A DNA stretch of 63,522 nt, counting the filler, from Octopus bimaculoides (lineage: Eukaryota): NCBI RefSeq assembly GCF_001194135.2. It is 5 parts of 5 records of this genome, joined end to end, with 100 filler letters (N's around TTAATTAATTAA, not from the genome) between each part and the next. Parts side by side here need not be neighbours in the genome. Positions count along the whole stretch, not along the records: positions 62,325 to 63,522 come from NW_026381081.1; 4 more parts are not named here. One strand, written 5' to 3'. Position numbers and translations under genes: made by a program. The notes under the pieces are model-generated. The model did no database searches, was not told the origin of the DNA, and was given only the letters and a program-made list of their open reading frames with translations. Shown here in pieces: positions 62,439-63,522 of this stretch. Each line of letters begins with the position of its first letter. Position 1 is the stretch's first letter.

Positions 62439-63427
62439 CAGCTTTACAATATGTACTGATAATATAGATATATGTAGATATATAGTGGTAATGTACAATC
62501 GTTTCAAGCGACTCCAGTTAATTGAACAATGCAACCATTACATCAATTTAAATGCAGAGCAATCCTCAGCTTCATAAATACATTGAATTAAATTAAATCA
62601 AAACAGATGGACACACTAGTATAATTTTACCTAAACCGCCAAGAAGGTAAGGAGATAGACAAAGAACATGTCTTCACTTCAGCTTATAAGCTACTAAGGT
62701 ATCAGGAAGAAACACTTGTTAGAGATATAGCTAGTCACTGTCTTTTGGGGTCTCTTTTTATTTATAGTCTTATTTATCAAATCTTTTTATACCAAAATCT
62801 AAGGCCAAGGAACAAGGAGCAGTGTCTTTTAGGAAAGGGGCTGAGGGAGTCGACAGAAATCATAGTCGGTATAGTCATAAAACCATCAAGATTAATTTGT
62901 AGCAATATAATAAGATTTGGTAAAGGCAATCTTAAATCAAGATGTTAGCTGACAATTAAAGGGGCAAACTCTAGTAAACCAATGATAATACAGGGGAAAG
63001 TTTATCATGGGGTGCTATAGTTGAATATTTTAAACAATATTGCCGTATTGTATAAAGCTTAAATTTAAGGTTATCAAGAAGATTATTAAGAAGAATATTA
63101 TAAGAAAAGGATAAATTTTTTTGAATACTTTTGAGTATATACCAAATTTTACACAATAGAGGGAGGAAAAGAAATTACATAGAAATAGTTTAATATTTAT
63201 GCATATTATACTTAAATATTAACTTATTAGATGGTATCTATGAAAATTGATCATTGGCATTTACTGGCATTTGATAAAGGAGTACTGAGGCAAAAGAACA
63301 TGCTAACTATATATTAATTAAATTATAGTCTAATCAGTTTATTTTAAGTTGTGAAGACACTTGTATTCTTTTATATAAGCTAAGTATGAATTTACAGAGG
63401 TACAAAAACTATACATATACCTATATG

Positions 63428-63458
<31 letters not shown>

Positions 63459-63522
63459 TTATACGTATATGCATATGTATATATATTTATATATATATGT
63501 ATATATATGTATATGTATATAT

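Noticed and set aside
62607-62646. 40-bp plus-strand exon with donor AAG/GTAAGG
   Set aside because: The acceptor has no polypyrimidine tract and the peptide is unrecognised.

Overview
AT-rich, repeat-saturated animal genomic DNA with many N gaps. The SINE families, microsatellite load and RTE LINE remnants suggest an octopus or other cephalopod draft assembly (inference from remembered repeat sequences, not a search). I can support no host protein-coding gene, tRNA, rRNA or CRISPR array. Most ORFs in the track are artefacts of microsatellites or N runs. Recognisable coding relics all come from transposons: RTE-clade LINE RT (three fragments, one with a PHD-type C4HC3 finger inside the RT region), an L1/Tx1 ORF2 fragment, a stop-free Penelope-like GIY-YIG endonuclease fragment, Tc1/mariner, decayed Helitron helicase and possibly hAT. 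The main result is a set of hammerhead ribozyme (HHR) motifs in three architectures. (1) A complete type III-topology HHR at 38044-38145 lies inside a ~500-bp palindrome abutting the GIY-YIG ORF; this topology is unusual in animals. (2) A type I HHR with a long branched stem II lies at 39712-39795. (3) Several minimal type I Penelope-style HHRs lie in head-to-head palindromes (2179-2375, 29065-29288, 47363-47804) plus a mutated copy at 34082. Other structures include a 1.85-kb foldback mosaic, a palindromic 20-bp satellite with an 80-bp higher-order repeat interleaved with two SINEs, and several fold-back or template-switch junctions. All structures were read by eye and none was tested computationally.
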